In this document: one piece after another, positions 44,487 to 54,613 of the stretch
How the letters are laid out: each line of letters begins with the position of its first letter
Position numbering within the stretch: position 1 is the first letter of the stretch
From: a virus
Length of the DNA stretch: 64,000 nt
Strand: one strand, 5' to 3'
IMG/VR virus record: IMGVR_UViG_3300009124_000001
Program-made: the position numbers and the translations under genes
The notes under the pieces: model-generated
Database searches by the model: none
What the model saw: the letters and a program-made list of their open reading frames with translations, nothing else
Told to the model about the DNA's origin: nothing

Positions 44487-45875
44487 TTATTTACCAGTAG
44501 GTACTGAATCGCGGCAGAGATATAACTCTGATGTGATCCCGTCCTTCCTATATGTATGCTTCAACCCTTTGATCAGATATTTGCCTGAGAAAATCTTGTC
44601 CTTACTAACACGACGAGCATTCTCTTGTTTTGCTTTCGGCATTCTGATCTCAATGACACCACCACAATACAATGCTGTGTTACCAGAAATATTAACAGTC
44701 AATGATTGAGTATTCAGGAGATTCCAACGCTGCGTTGCATACGACTGTGCAGACATAAGACTAGAACTCTGATCATCGGCACCACCATTAGGTGAATTAT
44801 TCTCCATATGTGAAAACTGTGGTAGAATTACAAACTTCTGTCTAGTTGGGTGATTACTATCAAATTCTTCAATGAAGTTCTTGTCGTATGGGAATCCTTT
44901 ATTGAGTGTAGATGCTTTGGTAAAGATACCTCTCAATCTAGTGATGATGGGACCAGATATTGTTCCTGATGGTTTACTACTGCTAGTAGATGCGCCAGGT
45001 TGTGTGATGTAACTATCTGTGGGTTGTGCTAGATTGATACCAATGGTTGCAGTTTGATATACACCCATTCTCATCTTTTCCAGTTGGTTGGATCTGTCTG
45101 GATAAGATACTGTCTCAATCCTGAATGCATTCTCCTCAGAATCATTATCTTCTACGTTCTTTTGTGCATATGTGTAGGTTGCTAGTTTTTCACCTTCGCA
45201 CAATTTATCAATAGATGTGAAATGAAATCCATCTCGATTCTGATAGAATAAGAATCCTGATTGTTTCTTGCCAGCATTCTTTGAGTTAGAGGTGGTCTTT
45301 TTCTTTCCAGTAGTGCCACCCATTCTAGTGACCTTATCAGTCAAATATGAAATAACATCAACGGGTCTCCAATTAGGAGATACCACATTGATCTTGGAAT
45401 AGTCTTCTACGTTGATTCTGCTATTGGGAATCTTCAATTGCTCTTTGAGCATCCTTTGTACAACATTGTCCTTACCATTCTGAGGACCATACATTCCAAA
45501 TGCTCGATTAGTTTCATTGAAGTACATTGCTTCATCAGCAAAGTGGAGAAGATACATCTTAGATCTTTCTCTCTTGACTACACTGCCAATCTTGTACAGT
45601 TTCATCTTTGCCTTGATTATTGCCTTCTTCTTCCCCTCACTTTTAGCAGCGAAAGATTCAAACTCGATCTCAAACTTTTCTGATCCGTACAGTTGAGAAT
45701 CTAAACCAATCGAGTCCAAGATAGCAATATCTAATCTCGCAAACGGACAGTCGATAGACTCATACCAAGTAAACTCACCGATCAAATCGACAATGTTTTG
45801 CTTAGTTTCTCCACCTTTACCGTCCGAAACGAAGAGATCTGCCTTGGTTAGTTTGTAGGACTTGGAATCAGACAT
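44487..45875 (-). CDS. Baseplate hub protein (gp27-like)
   Basis: YESI..PF; PNWRP; FLFYQNRDGFHF.SID.L; I.GN..L..G; SGKYLI..L.H..T.L.L.RDS. Confidence 0.7.
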   Translation of the reverse strand: MSDSKSYKLTKADLFVSDGKGGETKQNIVDLIGEFTWYESIDCPFARLDIAILDSIGLDSQLYGSEKFEIEFESFAAKSEGKKKAIIKAKMKLYKIGSVVKRERSKMYLLHFADEAMYFNETNRAFGMYGPQNGKDNVVQRMLKEQLKIPNSRINVEDYSKINVVSPNWRPVDVISYLTDKVTRMGGTTGKKKTTSNSKNAGKKQSGFLFYQNRDGFHFTSIDKLCEGEKLATYTYAQKNVEDNDSEENAFRIETVSYPDRSNQLEKMRMGVYQTATIGINLAQPTDSYITQPGASTSSSKPSGTISGPIITRLRGIFTKASTLNKGFPYDKNFIEEFDSNHPTRQKFVILPQFSHMENNSPNGGADDQSSSLMSAQSYATQRWNLLNTQSLTVNISGNTALYCGGVIEIRMPKAKQENARRVSKDKIFSGKYLIKGLKHTYRKDGITSELYLCRDSVPTGK

Positions 45876-48800
45876 TATGCGATGTTAACGGGTTCTTGGA
45901 AAATATCAGCAGTTAGTCCAAATCTGGGTCTAGCATAGATATTTGCTGGGATATCATATGCTACTGAGGGGAGGTCAACCTGTGGTTGAACTGATCCTGG
46001 TTTCTGTGTTCCTGCTCCAATAGGTGCAGCAGTGCTAGATGTTAATGTTGTTGAATCTTTATCGGCATTTGCCTTCTCTTCATCTTCTTTGTTTTGTGCT
46101 TCTGCTAATCTGTCGCCAGATGTGTTGATTTTTGCTCCTGTCATGGGAGCAGCATCTGCTACATATTTATCGAGAAGTCCGATGTTATCTTGCAGTTGCT
46201 GCAACGGATCTTTCTGTGCTTCACCACCTGATGCCCCTGATGAACTATCAGACGAGGAAAGATCACCACTACTGTTACTATCAGCAGCAGCAAGATCAGG
46301 AATCTTACCTGATGTAAATGCAGCACGAAGTGCGTCTGTATATTTTGTACCCTTTGTACCGAAACCATCAGCACCTACATTACCTGTTGCCAACCAATCA
46401 GCAGCACCACCCCACCCTTGGTTGTGTGCATATCCCAGAGTTTGAAGTTTTTGAAGCAGTGACTTCTTCTTATACTCTGGACTCTTCGCCATCAGCAGTT
46501 TGTGGTTGGCGATTGTATATCCTGCAAAGATTTGCTCTTGGAGATCAGGGTTCTTTCTATATGATGCACGTTGTGCTGCACCATGACCAGGATCAGGAAG
46601 ACCGATATTACGCGAACCATCAGTCTTAGCAGCAGCACCCATCTGATACTTACCATCGTAGTGTCCACCACTACCGCCAGCAATATCATACTTACCACTA
46701 GACTCAATCTTAGCGATTGTTCCTCTGAATATATCCCAGGTCTTCTGATCGGCACCAAGGGCAGACTTCACCTTGTCATAGGGAACCTTACCACCTGCTG
46801 CTCTTCCGAGGACTCTACCACCTGCTGCTTTCACCATTGCCTGAGCATCTGTGGCATAACTGCCCAGATTACCTAATGCCTTGGAGAAGTAACTCACCAT
46901 GCCCTCTTTACCCAAATACTGTGTTTTGGGATCTAGTCCAGAAGATTCAGAAGAAGAAGAAGAAGAAGAACCAGAACTATTTGATGTTTGTGTTGCGCCA
47001 GTCTTGGATTGAATAGGAGCAGATCCTGTCTCTTCGATGACAGTAGAGTCTCCACCCATAAAACCTCTTGCCTTGGCGCGGATGATGTTGCCACCCGAAC
47101 CCTTAGCACCATCCCTAGTCAGGTGCCACAAGTCCCAACGTGCGCCATCACCACCCCATGCAGTAGGACCATAGTTATCATTACGAGGCAGTTGTCCATC
47201 CTTACCAGATGCTGCCTCAGCGTGAGTCATCACATTCTTGATGTTGATGTCGTTAGGATTCCACTTTCTATCCTTAGCAACGTTGGCAATCTCTTTGGCG
47301 AGAGAATCAATCTGAACATTAGATGGCCATACATAATTACCACCGCTGCCTGCCATTGCAGCAACAGACATACCAATACCCTGACCATTTCTCAGATAGG
47401 TGTGTGCAACACCAGATTTCTGATCATATGGGTGTGCTCTGTATACTTTACCACTACCCTGAACGATGGAGTGATACTTACCTTTTTGATGGAAGTGTGG
47501 ACCACCAGCAGTCCAGTGTAGGAAGATCTTACCTCCCTTTGCCATCATCTGATCAGCACCAATCAGGCGGTTCTCTGACATAGAACCGTCACGTTTCTTC
47601 TTGGTGGGACCACCTTTTGCGAAACCAGGAACATCATAACCACCTGCCCTTGCCTGTTGCATCCTCATGGATGTCAGACCATTGCTACCTCTGGTTGCAG
47701 GTGTATCAAACGGAATAACGAATGCATCGCCACCGCTTGCTCTTCTAGCAACATATTCTGTGCCATGACCGATGAAGTCTACACCACCGCCACCCAGTGA
47801 TACAGGATACCCAGACTGAGGACCATTGATCCATCCACCACCTGCATATGCACCAGGCATTTTACCACCCTTGGCGAATAGTCCAAAGAACTTCTTCTTC
47901 GGTGGTACTTTCGGGTTGTTGGGTGTAGTTTCCCCAGGTTTGTAGTTGGGGTCATTCAGTCTGTCAAGTTGGGTTTGAATTTCGTTCTCTTTACCCCATA
48001 CCTTATCCCAAGCATTCAGACCTTCAAGTTGCTCTTCCAGCGCCTTGATAGTCTCTTCTCTACCTTTCTCTTCTACTGATGCATCTATTTGTTCATCAGT
48101 TCCACTTTGTTGACCATTAAATGCTGCACCAAGAGTAAACAGACCAATACCACCAGCGAGCACCCATGCCCACATACCCATACCTTTGACGAGTCCAATC
48201 AGACCCTTCACCATGCCACCGACTGCACCAAAGATACCTTTCAGTGCTGGTAAGAGTTTGCCGCCCTTGAATAGACTGAATACTACTTTCAGACCTAATT
48301 TGCCCATGGCAACTGGGGCAAATAGTAACCCCAATGCCGTGACCACTTTGAGTAGACCAAATATACCCTTAAAACTAAGAGGATTTTCTAAGAACTCAAC
48401 CAGACCATTCAGACCCAGGTTGATCAATGTGCCATAGGTATTCATAATGAACTTACCTATGCCAACCATGGCATCAAGTAGTCTCTTGATCTTCTTAGGA
48501 TTCTTCTCCAACCAATCTAAAAGATTGTACATAATCATGGATCGGAAGATACCCTTGAACAGCGACGCAAGTCCTGCAAGGAATCCAAGAGATCTAGCAG
48601 CAGTCGCTTTTGCTGCCTTGCCTAGACCACTACCTTTCTTCTTCGTACCTTCCTGTAATGCCTCTGCTCTTTTGTCTTGCTCTCTACCTTTCTCTCGCTT
48701 TGCTGCCTCTAATTGTTTCTTCCTATATTTCTTCTCATCTTCCAAATTATCTTCGCGCATGTTGAGCATCTGCTCAGATAGCGCCATATTCTTGCTCATG

Positions 48801-49000
48801 AAAGATCCGAAGGTCTTGTTCAGATCTTCGACCATGATCGCAATACTATTAGTCGTAGCACCGAGACTGTTGATTGCTTTGATGTTCTTGACAACGCCAC
48901 TTGCAGGTTGAGTAACTACCTTGCCATCAATCTTTACGGTGATACCTCCTCCCTTGAATGAAGGTGGTGTGACATATTTGTATAGTCTTGCCTTTGCCAT
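45875..49000 (-). CDS. Tape-measure-like (gp29-like) protein with amidase_2 and lysozyme-like domains
   Basis: Helical N-terminus; IFLHWTAG..YH..HT..RN..IG..THAE amidase; IAKIESSG.Y..GKYQM lysozyme-like. Confidence 0.7.
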   Translation of the reverse strand: MAKARLYKYVTPPSFKGGGITVKIDGKVVTQPASGVVKNIKAINSLGATTNSIAIMVEDLNKTFGSFMSKNMALSEQMLNMREDNLEDEKKYRKKQLEAAKREKGREQDKRAEALQEGTKKKGSGLGKAAKATAARSLGFLAGLASLFKGIFRSMIMYNLLDWLEKNPKKIKRLLDAMVGIGKFIMNTYGTLINLGLNGLVEFLENPLSFKGIFGLLKVVTALGLLFAPVAMGKLGLKVVFSLFKGGKLLPALKGIFGAVGGMVKGLIGLVKGMGMWAWVLAGGIGLFTLGAAFNGQQSGTDEQIDASVEEKGREETIKALEEQLEGLNAWDKVWGKENEIQTQLDRLNDPNYKPGETTPNNPKVPPKKKFFGLFAKGGKMPGAYAGGGWINGPQSGYPVSLGGGGVDFIGHGTEYVARRASGGDAFVIPFDTPATRGSNGLTSMRMQQARAGGYDVPGFAKGGPTKKKRDGSMSENRLIGADQMMAKGGKIFLHWTAGGPHFHQKGKYHSIVQGSGKVYRAHPYDQKSGVAHTYLRNGQGIGMSVAAMAGSGGNYVWPSNVQIDSLAKEIANVAKDRKWNPNDINIKNVMTHAEAASGKDGQLPRNDNYGPTAWGGDGARWDLWHLTRDGAKGSGGNIIRAKARGFMGGDSTVIEETGSAPIQSKTGATQTSNSSGSSSSSSSESSGLDPKTQYLGKEGMVSYFSKALGNLGSYATDAQAMVKAAGGRVLGRAAGGKVPYDKVKSALGADQKTWDIFRGTIAKIESSGKYDIAGGSGGHYDGKYQMGAAAKTDGSRNIGLPDPGHGAAQRASYRKNPDLQEQIFAGYTIANHKLLMAKSPEYKKKSLLQKLQTLGYAHNQGWGGAADWLATGNVGADGFGTKGTKYTDALRAAFTSGKIPDLAAADSNSSGDLSSSDSSSGASGGEAQKDPLQQLQDNIGLLDKYVADAAPMTGAKINTSGDRLAEAQNKEDEEKANADKDSTTLTSSTAAPIGAGTQKPGSVQPQVDLPSVAYDIPANIYARPRFGLTADIFQEPVNIA

Positions 49001-52000
49001 TAGTTCTTAATCATTGGCGTAACTGGTGCCCCACCAGCGGATACCCTTTGCGGTGCTTGGGGTGTCTGAGCGACAACAGGTTGAGTGATAACATGAATAG
49101 CATTCTTAGTTGCTCTCTTTTTACCGAGTGCCACCTTTTCCTCAGACTTTTTAGCTAAGGTCTCCACTTTGCTATTTATGGACGATGTGGGGGATGTTTG
49201 AGCAGCGGATGCTTGTGACGGTGGGGTTGAACCCGTCATTGCACTAGCATCTGTTGCATACTGCTGCAATACACCTAGTTTCCCTGTCAGGAAAGAGGTC
49301 ATCTTCTCAGCAGACAGATACTCTGCCTTTGGATCCAAACTAGGTTCACCACCACCACTAGGTGAAGTGCCGTTACCAGGACCGTTACCTGGGGTTACGT
49401 TGTCTGTCTTGCCGTCATAACCAACATTATTACCACCAGGGTGGGTCAGGGCAACAATCCCCTTGGTTCCTGCGCCATAGACAGCACCAACACCATTAAC
49501 AGTTGCCTGCCAGTGTCCACTCCACAGTTTCTGTCCCCCATTCTTTGCAATAGCAGAGTCATTACCACTGCTGCTAGCAGAATTGTTCCAATCACTATGT
49601 CTAGTAGAGAAGATTAGAGAACCTGAGGGAATTTTCTTGTCCTTAACTGCCTGTGTCCATGTAGGCAGATCCATCACATTGACATTCACATGACCATATG
49701 GAGATGTGATTTTCTTAGGTTCACCCAGACCAGGAATAGATCCATAACCATGCTCACCCACTGCCTGCGCCATCAAACCCCTAGGGTTATTGGGGTCATT
49801 ACCAGTAGCAACGTGAGGTTTGCCAATAGATGCTCCGTTTCTTTCGGCAGTGAGAATCACGCCAGTCGTACACATACCAGCGGCAGCATTTACCAATGAA
49901 GTTCCATCTCCAAGTTTTGCAAGTTCACCACCAGCGGCAAACTTCATCTTGGTAATACTCTCAAATCTCTTCTTCAATCCAGGGTGCTTAGGTTTCCCAT
50001 CGGGTGCATATTCACCACCACCATCAAATCTAAGTAGACCACCCTTCGCCATCTTAGGTGGACCAGCGATCTCTCCGCCATCATCGCCAGCAGCGGCTGC
50101 TTCTAGTGCTTGTTCCCAAGGTTGAGGTGCATCTGGATCTCTGACGAGTTTTCTTCTCTTCTTGGCACCAATGCCCATAAAACCACCGCCCTCATCAGCA
50201 CCAAGCATCTCAGCAACGGGGTCATCAATATCTTTCAGAGGTGTCATCGACAGACCTTTTAGGATCTTGTTGGCGATAAACTCACCAGCAAAACCACCAG
50301 CAGCACCTGTAATGAAACCAGGGACACCACCAAACGGAGCACCAATAGCAAAACCAGCAGAATATCCAAGCAAACCGCCCAATGCTTTCAGTACAGCGTT
50401 GATGGGGGATTCACCAAAGACGGTGTAATCCAACAATGACAGAACTGCTGCTACAAGTTTATCAATGCCACCGATCTTAGCAGTGCTCTTTGCTGCAACC
50501 AAGAACTCTCTGAATGATTTGAATCCAGGATTTCTGATACCTGACTTGATAAAGTTGCCAACAACACTCTTGGCAGACTTTACCTGCTCGGATTTTGATT
50601 TCCCTGCAAAATCTAAGACTTGTTTAGCAGTCTCGTTCTTTTCGATGACGGGTTTGATGTAACCCTTGACTTTATCTAAGACAATAGAACCCAATTTCTT
50701 GGGATCCTTTGCCATTGCAGCAACATCACCAATTGTTTTTGCCTGATTCTTGCCCCAGTTCCAAATACCAGAGCCCATCTTCTTTGCCTGCGCTGCCAGA
50801 TAGGCAGACTTCTCTGCCCACCAACCACCAATAGCAGCACCAGATTTCTTGGCGAAGTTGACTGTGCCTGAGAATGCTCTTTCGCCAAGATCGATTGCTT
50901 GATTCTTTAACTTACCTGCTTGGGTAGCAAGACCACTAGCGGCACTTGTAGTTTTGTTCTTCAAGAAAGAACCCAACCCCATCAGATTGTCAACAGCACC
51001 ACCACCAGTTTTGGCGAGTTGTTCTCCTGCTTCTAGGATAAGATTATCAGCACTTGATGCAAGTGACTTTATGTTTCTCTTCGTTGCATCGATGACCATC
51101 GAACCAACGGTGACCATTCTGCCAGCAGCACGCTTCATGCCCGATCCCAGGCGGCGGCGTAGTTGATTCAACCTACGAATCCTTACCTTACGCTTCATGT
51201 CTCTGAGGCGCTGCTTGGAGGTTCTGCCGTCTCTGCCGACTCTGTTTCCTTTCTTCTTTAATTTATTTTTGCCAGGCATACAGTCTGACTCTGATGCCTG
51301 TTTAACACCCCTACCCAGGGCAGTCATAAACTTGACATCACCAATCAGTTTCCATGGCATCAATATACGAGATGCCAACCAAAGTGCTGCAATACCGCCA
51401 AAGATTTGCAGTATGCCAAATACTTTGTCTAGACCATTCTGGAATGCATTCTTATCAGGGTCATTACCAAATACCTTGGTAACACCATCCATGACCTGAG
51501 TCAGACCCCAGCGAGAAATCATTCTCGTGAAGGACCAGATCGCTTTGATGAATCCTAAGAGTTTCTTGACCTTTTCTGGATTTTTCTCTAACCAGTCTAA
51601 GACCTTATATGCAATGACTGGTGCCACAAGAGACATAAGTCCCCTGATCAAGGCACCCATTGGTTTCAGTAGTAGTTGTAACCACCCAAACCTAGATTTC
51701 TTTTCTTTCTTGCCTTCCTTCTCTGCTGACTTTTCTATCTTTGTCGTAGACTCTTGCTTCTTCTCTGCCTCAGCATCTTGCTTACGACCTTTCTCTCTAC
51801 CGAGCATGTCCTTAGTTGCTCGGATAGTCTCTAACTTATCCTCGTGCTCTTTCTTAATAATATCTCGCTCACGCTCCTGTTGTCCCAGGGTGAAGTCTGT
51901 GTGAGCAGAAAGTAATTCTTTGAACTGTGTAAGATTCTCGCCAACCAGAGTCAATGAACCGCCCAGACGATTATAGGCGAAGGTCATAGATCTGTATGCC

Positions 52001-52065
52001 TTGCCTAAATCGTCAACTGGCGCTTGCGCCTTTACCGATACATATTTTCTGAGTGCTGCTGCCAT
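49000..52065 (-). CDS. Tape-measure-like (gp29-like) protein, paralogue, with CHAP-like domain
   Basis: Shares KGR.QD..AE..QE and LDWLEKNP.K.K.LL with neighbour; GMCTTGV. Confidence 0.65.
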   Translation of the reverse strand: MAAALRKYVSVKAQAPVDDLGKAYRSMTFAYNRLGGSLTLVGENLTQFKELLSAHTDFTLGQQERERDIIKKEHEDKLETIRATKDMLGREKGRKQDAEAEKKQESTTKIEKSAEKEGKKEKKSRFGWLQLLLKPMGALIRGLMSLVAPVIAYKVLDWLEKNPEKVKKLLGFIKAIWSFTRMISRWGLTQVMDGVTKVFGNDPDKNAFQNGLDKVFGILQIFGGIAALWLASRILMPWKLIGDVKFMTALGRGVKQASESDCMPGKNKLKKKGNRVGRDGRTSKQRLRDMKRKVRIRRLNQLRRRLGSGMKRAAGRMVTVGSMVIDATKRNIKSLASSADNLILEAGEQLAKTGGGAVDNLMGLGSFLKNKTTSAASGLATQAGKLKNQAIDLGERAFSGTVNFAKKSGAAIGGWWAEKSAYLAAQAKKMGSGIWNWGKNQAKTIGDVAAMAKDPKKLGSIVLDKVKGYIKPVIEKNETAKQVLDFAGKSKSEQVKSAKSVVGNFIKSGIRNPGFKSFREFLVAAKSTAKIGGIDKLVAAVLSLLDYTVFGESPINAVLKALGGLLGYSAGFAIGAPFGGVPGFITGAAGGFAGEFIANKILKGLSMTPLKDIDDPVAEMLGADEGGGFMGIGAKKRRKLVRDPDAPQPWEQALEAAAAGDDGGEIAGPPKMAKGGLLRFDGGGEYAPDGKPKHPGLKKRFESITKMKFAAGGELAKLGDGTSLVNAAAGMCTTGVILTAERNGASIGKPHVATGNDPNNPRGLMAQAVGEHGYGSIPGLGEPKKITSPYGHVNVNVMDLPTWTQAVKDKKIPSGSLIFSTRHSDWNNSASSSGNDSAIAKNGGQKLWSGHWQATVNGVGAVYGAGTKGIVALTHPGGNNVGYDGKTDNVTPGNGPGNGTSPSGGGEPSLDPKAEYLSAEKMTSFLTGKLGVLQQYATDASAMTGSTPPSQASAAQTSPTSSINSKVETLAKKSEEKVALGKKRATKNAIHVITQPVVAQTPQAPQRVSAGGAPVTPMIKN

Positions 52066-52250
52066 TAGAAACTAAACGAGCTATCTTGTTGTTTTCTTCG
52101 ACGTTCTTCTTCATTAAGATAAGCGATCAACAAGTTCACATATACATCTCGCTCCCAAGGCATCATATCTTCAAGTTCAGATAGACTGTACTTGTGATGC
52201 TGCATTAATGCAAAATTAGTCTTATAGTAATTCATAAGACTGTCATGCAT
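52065..52250 (-). CDS. gp51: Baseplate hub assembly protein gp51
   Basis: YYKTNFALMQHHKYSL.E.E.M.PWERDVYV.LL. Confidence 0.92.
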   Translation of the reverse strand: MHDSLMNYYKTNFALMQHHKYSLSELEDMMPWERDVYVNLLIAYLNEEERRRKQQDSSFSF

Positions 52251-52255
52251 TAACG

Positions 52256-52957
52256 CTATGCGAAAAAAGACGATAGTCCTTCAAGTACAACTTCACTTTT
52301 CACCCCAGTCTTGGGATTTTCAATTTCCAGTGTGTGAGACAATTTGGGCAGAGTCTCAAAGAACGCCTGAACCGCTTGGAACTGTTCGTTATTCATGTCA
52401 CCCAGGAAATCCTTTGCTTCTTTCTTGGTGAAAGACTCATAGGTCTCGTCGCCATCATATACTTTATCAATACAGTCCGCAGCAAGATCGAAGACATCAT
52501 CAATATCAGGTTCGTCTTTCATGTTACGATCCACGAATGCATCCAGGGCAGGATACTTCATTTCAATTTTCACTTGATCATTGATTTTGACGATCTTCTT
52601 ATGTTCTCTTGGAACAACAACCTCCACTTGGTCAAGATTGACTTCAACCTCAACTTCGGTCTCATTGTCATCGGGGCAAGTGATCTTAAATTCACTAACC
52701 TCACCAACTGCCCTAGAACGAATCTTCAAGAACAGATATTCAATCTCAAATGTTGCTAATTTTTCAACATCCTTGACATTACTACAAGCCTTCAAGATAG
52801 TCTTGACTGCTTTGATCATCTCCTTCTCGTCTTGGGTTTCCATTGCGAGGTACAGGAGTTTTTCCTCTTTGACAAGGAAAGGACGGTAAGTGACTTTTGT
52901 TCCACTGACTGGCAATTTGCAGTCATACTCAGGCACTACAAGTTTAGGTAAAGGCAT
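52256..52957 (-). CDS. gp26: Baseplate hub subunit gp26
   Basis: MPLPKL..P.Y; YRPFLVKEEK; FLKIRS..VGE; LEGLSSFF. Confidence 0.95.
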   Translation of the reverse strand: MPLPKLVVPEYDCKLPVSGTKVTYRPFLVKEEKLLYLAMETQDEKEMIKAVKTILKACSNVKDVEKLATFEIEYLFLKIRSRAVGEVSEFKITCPDDNETEVEVEVNLDQVEVVVPREHKKIVKINDQVKIEMKYPALDAFVDRNMKDEPDIDDVFDLAADCIDKVYDGDETYESFTKKEAKDFLGDMNNEQFQAVQAFFETLPKLSHTLEIENPKTGVKSEVVLEGLSSFFA

Positions 52958-52979
52958 GATTTGAAAATGACGATAAAAT

Positions 52980-52987
52980 TATTTATA
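52980..52987 (-). promoter_or_regulatory. T4-type late promoter
   Basis: Exact TATAAATA upstream of gp26. Confidence 0.8.
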
Positions 52988-53711
52988 CGGTAAATCGCTG
53001 AACGTCTGGGTTACCAGAACCAGCAACCTTGGTCTCAATCTCATCAAGCGTGAAGACTGCCTGCTGCTTGAATGGTTTTGCTTTGAGTGTTGCGCGAGAC
53101 ACCTGATCAAATCTATAACGTTCAAAGAAGAACTGGACATCCATCTGCACCAGATTCAACTGTTCGTTATCGAAAGAAATTGTGCTGATATTTGTTGGGA
53201 ATGCGCCGTAGAGTTTCCAGACTGCTGTTGACTGTGATGGGTTCAATGCTCCCCTACTCGTATCCCTGTTGTCTGAATCTCTTTTGGTGACTCGAAAATT
53301 AGCACCATGCTCCCACTTGATTACTGACATGTCAGTCACATATTGATCATAGAATGCGACAGTGTTGTCGGAATCAGAAGCAGCAGCATTGATCCAGTTC
53401 TCAAAGAACATTCTATGACGCTGGTCCTTGGTCACCATGAATGAGATAGTAATCTCAGATGCCGTTTGACCTGTGGCAAATCGACGGATCATACCAAAGT
53501 TATTGACCTCAGATGTTGTCATTGCCCTACTAGGCACAGTGACAGAGGTGGCAAAATAATTGATAGTTTGCCATGCTTCATCTACCGCAGGAGATCTATC
53601 TAGAATAGGGGGTGGGGGAATCTGAATCTCAAATAAGTTATTTGATGCAGGAGCAAGTGCATTCGTTGCAATTAAACTTCTGAAATCCTCAAATCTGTTG
53701 GGACTTGGCAT
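52983..53711 (-). CDS. gp54: Tail tube initiator gp54 (gp19 fold)
   Basis: NLFEIQI; SVTVPSR; FFENWI; LYGAFPTNI; synteny. Confidence 0.7.
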   Translation of the reverse strand: MPSPNRFEDFRSLIATNALAPASNNLFEIQIPPPPILDRSPAVDEAWQTINYFATSVTVPSRAMTTSEVNNFGMIRRFATGQTASEITISFMVTKDQRHRMFFENWINAAASDSDNTVAFYDQYVTDMSVIKWEHGANFRVTKRDSDNRDTSRGALNPSQSTAVWKLYGAFPTNISTISFDNEQLNLVQMDVQFFFERYRFDQVSRATLKAKPFKQQAVFTLDEIETKVAGSGNPDVQRFTV

Positions 53712-54182
53712 TTACTGTCTACTCCAAATAACACTAGAAGGAATGTCTAACCATCGACCAACAACATTCATTGTAAATTGCTCTAATGGTAGTGGATATT
53801 TCATTTCTGCAAGATCCACCGCTGGAACAATCTTTATATTGCTAGCGTTTGACATAAAGTATTTATGGTGGCAACGCATAGGATATGATACGGATCCTCC
53901 TCCCCAAGTTTTAGCAACAGACATCCTGGTAGACGGTCTCAGATAATGTAGATTGCCACCAGAGAACTGTAAGTTCTGCATGTCCACATCCGTGACTAAT
54001 ACCATAGGGTATCTGTCATAGTATTTCAGATCGGGAGTAGCAGCAGAATATGAAAAAAATATAACATCACCTACCTTGAACCCTGTCGAGTCTTCCAGTC
54101 CATATAGGACCTGAGAGCGATACCAGTCCTTAGATTTTTTACTACCTGCCGCAAGATCTCTTACGTCGTTGAAGATACTCAT
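53712..54182 (-). CDS. gp2: DNA end protector gp2
   Basis: WYR; FSY.A..YYDRYP.V; G.NLHYL; HKY; LP.EQF. Confidence 0.85.
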   Translation of the reverse strand: MSIFNDVRDLAAGSKKSKDWYRSQVLYGLEDSTGFKVGDVIFFSYSAATPDLKYYDRYPMVLVTDVDMQNLQFSGGNLHYLRPSTRMSVAKTWGGGSVSYPMRCHHKYFMSNASNIKIVPAVDLAEMKYPLPLEQFTMNVVGRWLDIPSSVIWSRQ

Positions 54183-54613
54183 ACCTTTAATTCATTTTCG
54201 GTCAGTATCATGAAATGCATTTGTCTATCAAGACAATAGTCTTTTGCTGCCTTCCACTTCGCATCATTGACAGCATAAGTCTTCACTTCGCTGATGTACT
54301 TAGGCGTAACACGTTTCTGTTTTTTCGGCGGAACTGTTTGCTTACTAGGTTTGACCTCAATAATAAACTTCTGCGTGCTCCCTGCCTTAGTTCTTGCTCG
54401 GACGTAAAAGTCTGGAAAGTAACGATGAGCACGATTGTCCACAGGAGAGATATAGGGGATAACAATCTCCTCACTACCCCACTCGATGACATTCTCATTC
54501 TTGTCACACCATACCATGAACTTTCTTTCCCACAAACTCCTATAAATAATATTCGTGGGATCACCTTTATACTTATGTGGGTTTGATGGTCTGTATCTAC
54601 CTGAGTAAGCCAT
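54179..54613 (-). CDS. gp4: Head completion nuclease gp4
   Basis: MAYSGRY.P.NP.KYKGDP..YRSLWE; HRYFPDF; IEVKP; N.AKW.AA. Confidence 0.95.
   Translation of the reverse strand: MAYSGRYRPSNPHKYKGDPTNIIYRSLWERKFMVWCDKNENVIEWGSEEIVIPYISPVDNRAHRYFPDFYVRARTKAGSTQKFIIEVKPSKQTVPPKKQKRVTPKYISEVKTYAVNDAKWKAAKDYCLDRQMHFMILTENELKV
54541..54548 (+). promoter_or_regulatory. T4-type late promoter for gp48-gp53
   Basis: Exact TATAAATA on plus, inside gp4. Confidence 0.75.

Noticed and set aside
46949-46970. (AGA)n microsatellite as a phase-variation tract
   Set aside because: In-frame trinucleotide coding a poly-Ser linker; cannot shift frame
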